Below, one piece after another: positions 24,828 to 26,260 of a DNA stretch of 26,260 nt; positions within the stretch are counted from its first letter, which is position 1; each line of letters opens with the position of its first letter. The stretch is from contig CAXHAT010000110.1 of assembly GCA_964014485.1 (NCBI GenBank), forward strand, positions 1 through 26,260, read 5' to 3'. The position numbers and the translations under genes were made by a program. This DNA is from an uncultured Deferribacteres bacterium (lineage in GTDB: Bacteria > Zhuqueibacterota > Zhuqueibacteria > Zhuqueibacterales > Geothermadaptataceae). The notes beneath the pieces are model-generated. The model had not been told where the DNA came from, did not search any database, and worked only from the letters and a program-made list of their open reading frames with translations.

Positions 24828-26102
24828 ATGCATAAATTAGAAACTGCGGTTCAAGAACTGAACAGGGGAGACAATCAAGCAGCGCACTACCAACTTCGGA
24901 GATTCGGCCAGCTACAGAAGACATTCGCTGAAAAGTTCGGAGTCACTGCCTCCGAATTCTTCAGCACACCTGGGAGAACGGAAATAGGCGGTAATCATAC
25001 CGACCACAACCACGGTCGCGTGTTGGCGGCAAGCATCGATCTGGATTCGATTGCTGCGGTGCAGAGGAACAACGAGAATCGTATAGAGTTATTTTCGGAG
25101 GGGTACAAAACATCCTTCGCCGTCAACCTCTCTGAGCTCGATTCGGTTCAGCAGGAACAGGGGACAACCTATGCGCTCATCCGGGGAATTGCAGCACGTT
25201 TCGCTCAGTTAGGCCACAAAATTGGCGGATTCAATGCCTGCATGACCAGCGCAGTGCTGCCAGGGTCAGGGATCAGCTCGTCAGCTTCAGTCGAAGTGCT
25301 TGTCGCAACCATTCTCAGCGCGTTGTACAATGACAACAGAATAAATCCTGAAGAACTCGCAAAAATCAGTCAATACGCTGAAAACGAATATTTTGGAAAA
25401 CCTTGCGGCTTGATGGACCAAATGGCTTGCGCGGTCGGCGGCGTCATTTCCATCGACTTCCGGAACCCGAAAAATCCGATTGTTGAAAAAGTCGATTTCG
25501 ACTTTCTGGAGCAAGACTATTCCTTTTTGGTTGTTGATACGGGCGGAAATCATGCCGATCTCACCGAGGACTACGCAGCAGTGCCCCGGGAAATGAAAGC
25601 AGTGGCGAAAAAACTTGGCGCCACAGTATGCAGAGATGTTGATGTCGTGACGATGAGCAGCGCTATCCCGGAGCTGCGAGAAAAAACGGGCGATCGTGCC
25701 ATCTTGCGCACCCTCCATTTCTTCGCCGAGAATCGACGTGTCCTGCAGCAAGTGCGCGCCCTCAGGAATAATCGGTTTCAAGAATTTCTTCAGTTGGTCT
25801 CTGATTCAGGCAACTCGTCATACAAACGGCTGCAAAATATTTACACTCAACGGGAACCCCGCCATCAACCTGTCGCATTGGCTTTGGCTTTGAGTGAAGA
25901 CTATATACTGCGCGTTGGTGAAGGAGCGTGTCGTGTACACGGCGGCGGTTTCGCCGGAACGATTCAAGTCTTTCTTCCCAATCGTGCAGTTGAAGAATAT
26001 ATCAGCCTTATGGAGAGCATTTTCGGCAGACATAAAGTGATCAGGCTAAACATCCGACCCTATGGTACGGTGTACCTGAACGAAATGAAAGCATGGACAT
26101 GA
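24828..26102 (+). CDS. galK: Galactokinase (GHMP kinase)
   Basis: PGRTEIGGNHTDHN, PGSGISSSAS, CGLMDQ, GACRVHGGGFAG. Confidence 0.92.
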   Translation: MHKLETAVQELNRGDNQAAHYQLRRFGQLQKTFAEKFGVTASEFFSTPGRTEIGGNHTDHNHGRVLAASIDLDSIAAVQRNNENRIELFSEGYKTSFAVNLSELDSVQQEQGTTYALIRGIAARFAQLGHKIGGFNACMTSAVLPGSGISSSASVEVLVATILSALYNDNRINPEELAKISQYAENEYFGKPCGLMDQMACAVGGVISIDFRNPKNPIVEKVDFDFLEQDYSFLVVDTGGNHADLTEDYAAVPREMKAVAKKLGATVCRDVDVVTMSSAIPELREKTGDRAILRTLHFFAENRRVLQQVRALRNNRFQEFLQLVSDSGNSSYKRLQNIYTQREPRHQPVALALALSEDYILRVGEGACRVHGGGFAGTIQVFLPNRAVEEYISLMESIFGRHKVIRLNIRPYGTVYLNEMKAWT

Positions 26103-26221
26103 GTGAGACAAAAATGATTCTGGTTGCTGGCGGTGCAGGGTTTATCGGCAGCCATGTCGCTCAGGCACTCTGTGAAATAGGCCATGAGGTCACCGTCTTT
26201 GACGATTTTGGCTCTATATGA
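26099..26221 (+). pseudogene. Truncated NAD-dependent epimerase/dehydratase (GalE-like) N-terminus
   Basis: ATGA overlap with the galK stop. Translates MSETKMILVAGGAGFIGSHVAQALCEIGHEVTVFDDFGSI* (Rossmann GxxGxxG), stopping after 40 codons. Confidence 0.7.
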
Positions 26222-26260
26222 ATTTGTGTGGGTAATCGAATTCGAGTTTTCCGGCGATGA

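Overview
Bacterial, probably metagenomic, contig holding a ~24 kb minus-strand carrageenan-type (sulfated galactan) utilisation locus. It encodes two GH16 hydrolases (one kappa-carrageenase-like, one GH16_13-like with an extra C-terminal module), three Cys-type S1 sulfatases (one with a T9SS-type C-terminal domain), a signal-less GH127, a sugar-porter MFS, an FG-GAP/ASPIC-UnbV propeller protein, a GntR/FadR regulator, and a 3,6-anhydrogalactose catabolic block (aldehyde dehydrogenase, KDPG-type aldolase, PfkB kinase; no cycloisomerase). A divergent galK is followed by a broken GalE-like fragment. There is no SusD. The outer-membrane block is instead a triad of TonB-dependent receptor, unknown 708-aa FN3/T9SS-CTD protein and PorV-family barrel, which is the best candidate for a poorly described uptake system. 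Shine-Dalgarno use plus T9SS features suggest a non-Bacteroidota FCB-related lineage such as KSB1 or Calditrichota (inference). Non-coding features: three copies of a GTATATTGTATACA operator-like motif, three different inverted-repeat-bounded elements filled with REP-like hairpins, and an untrimmed Nextera adapter at the 5' end. Family and subfamily calls come from motif recognition, not database searches.
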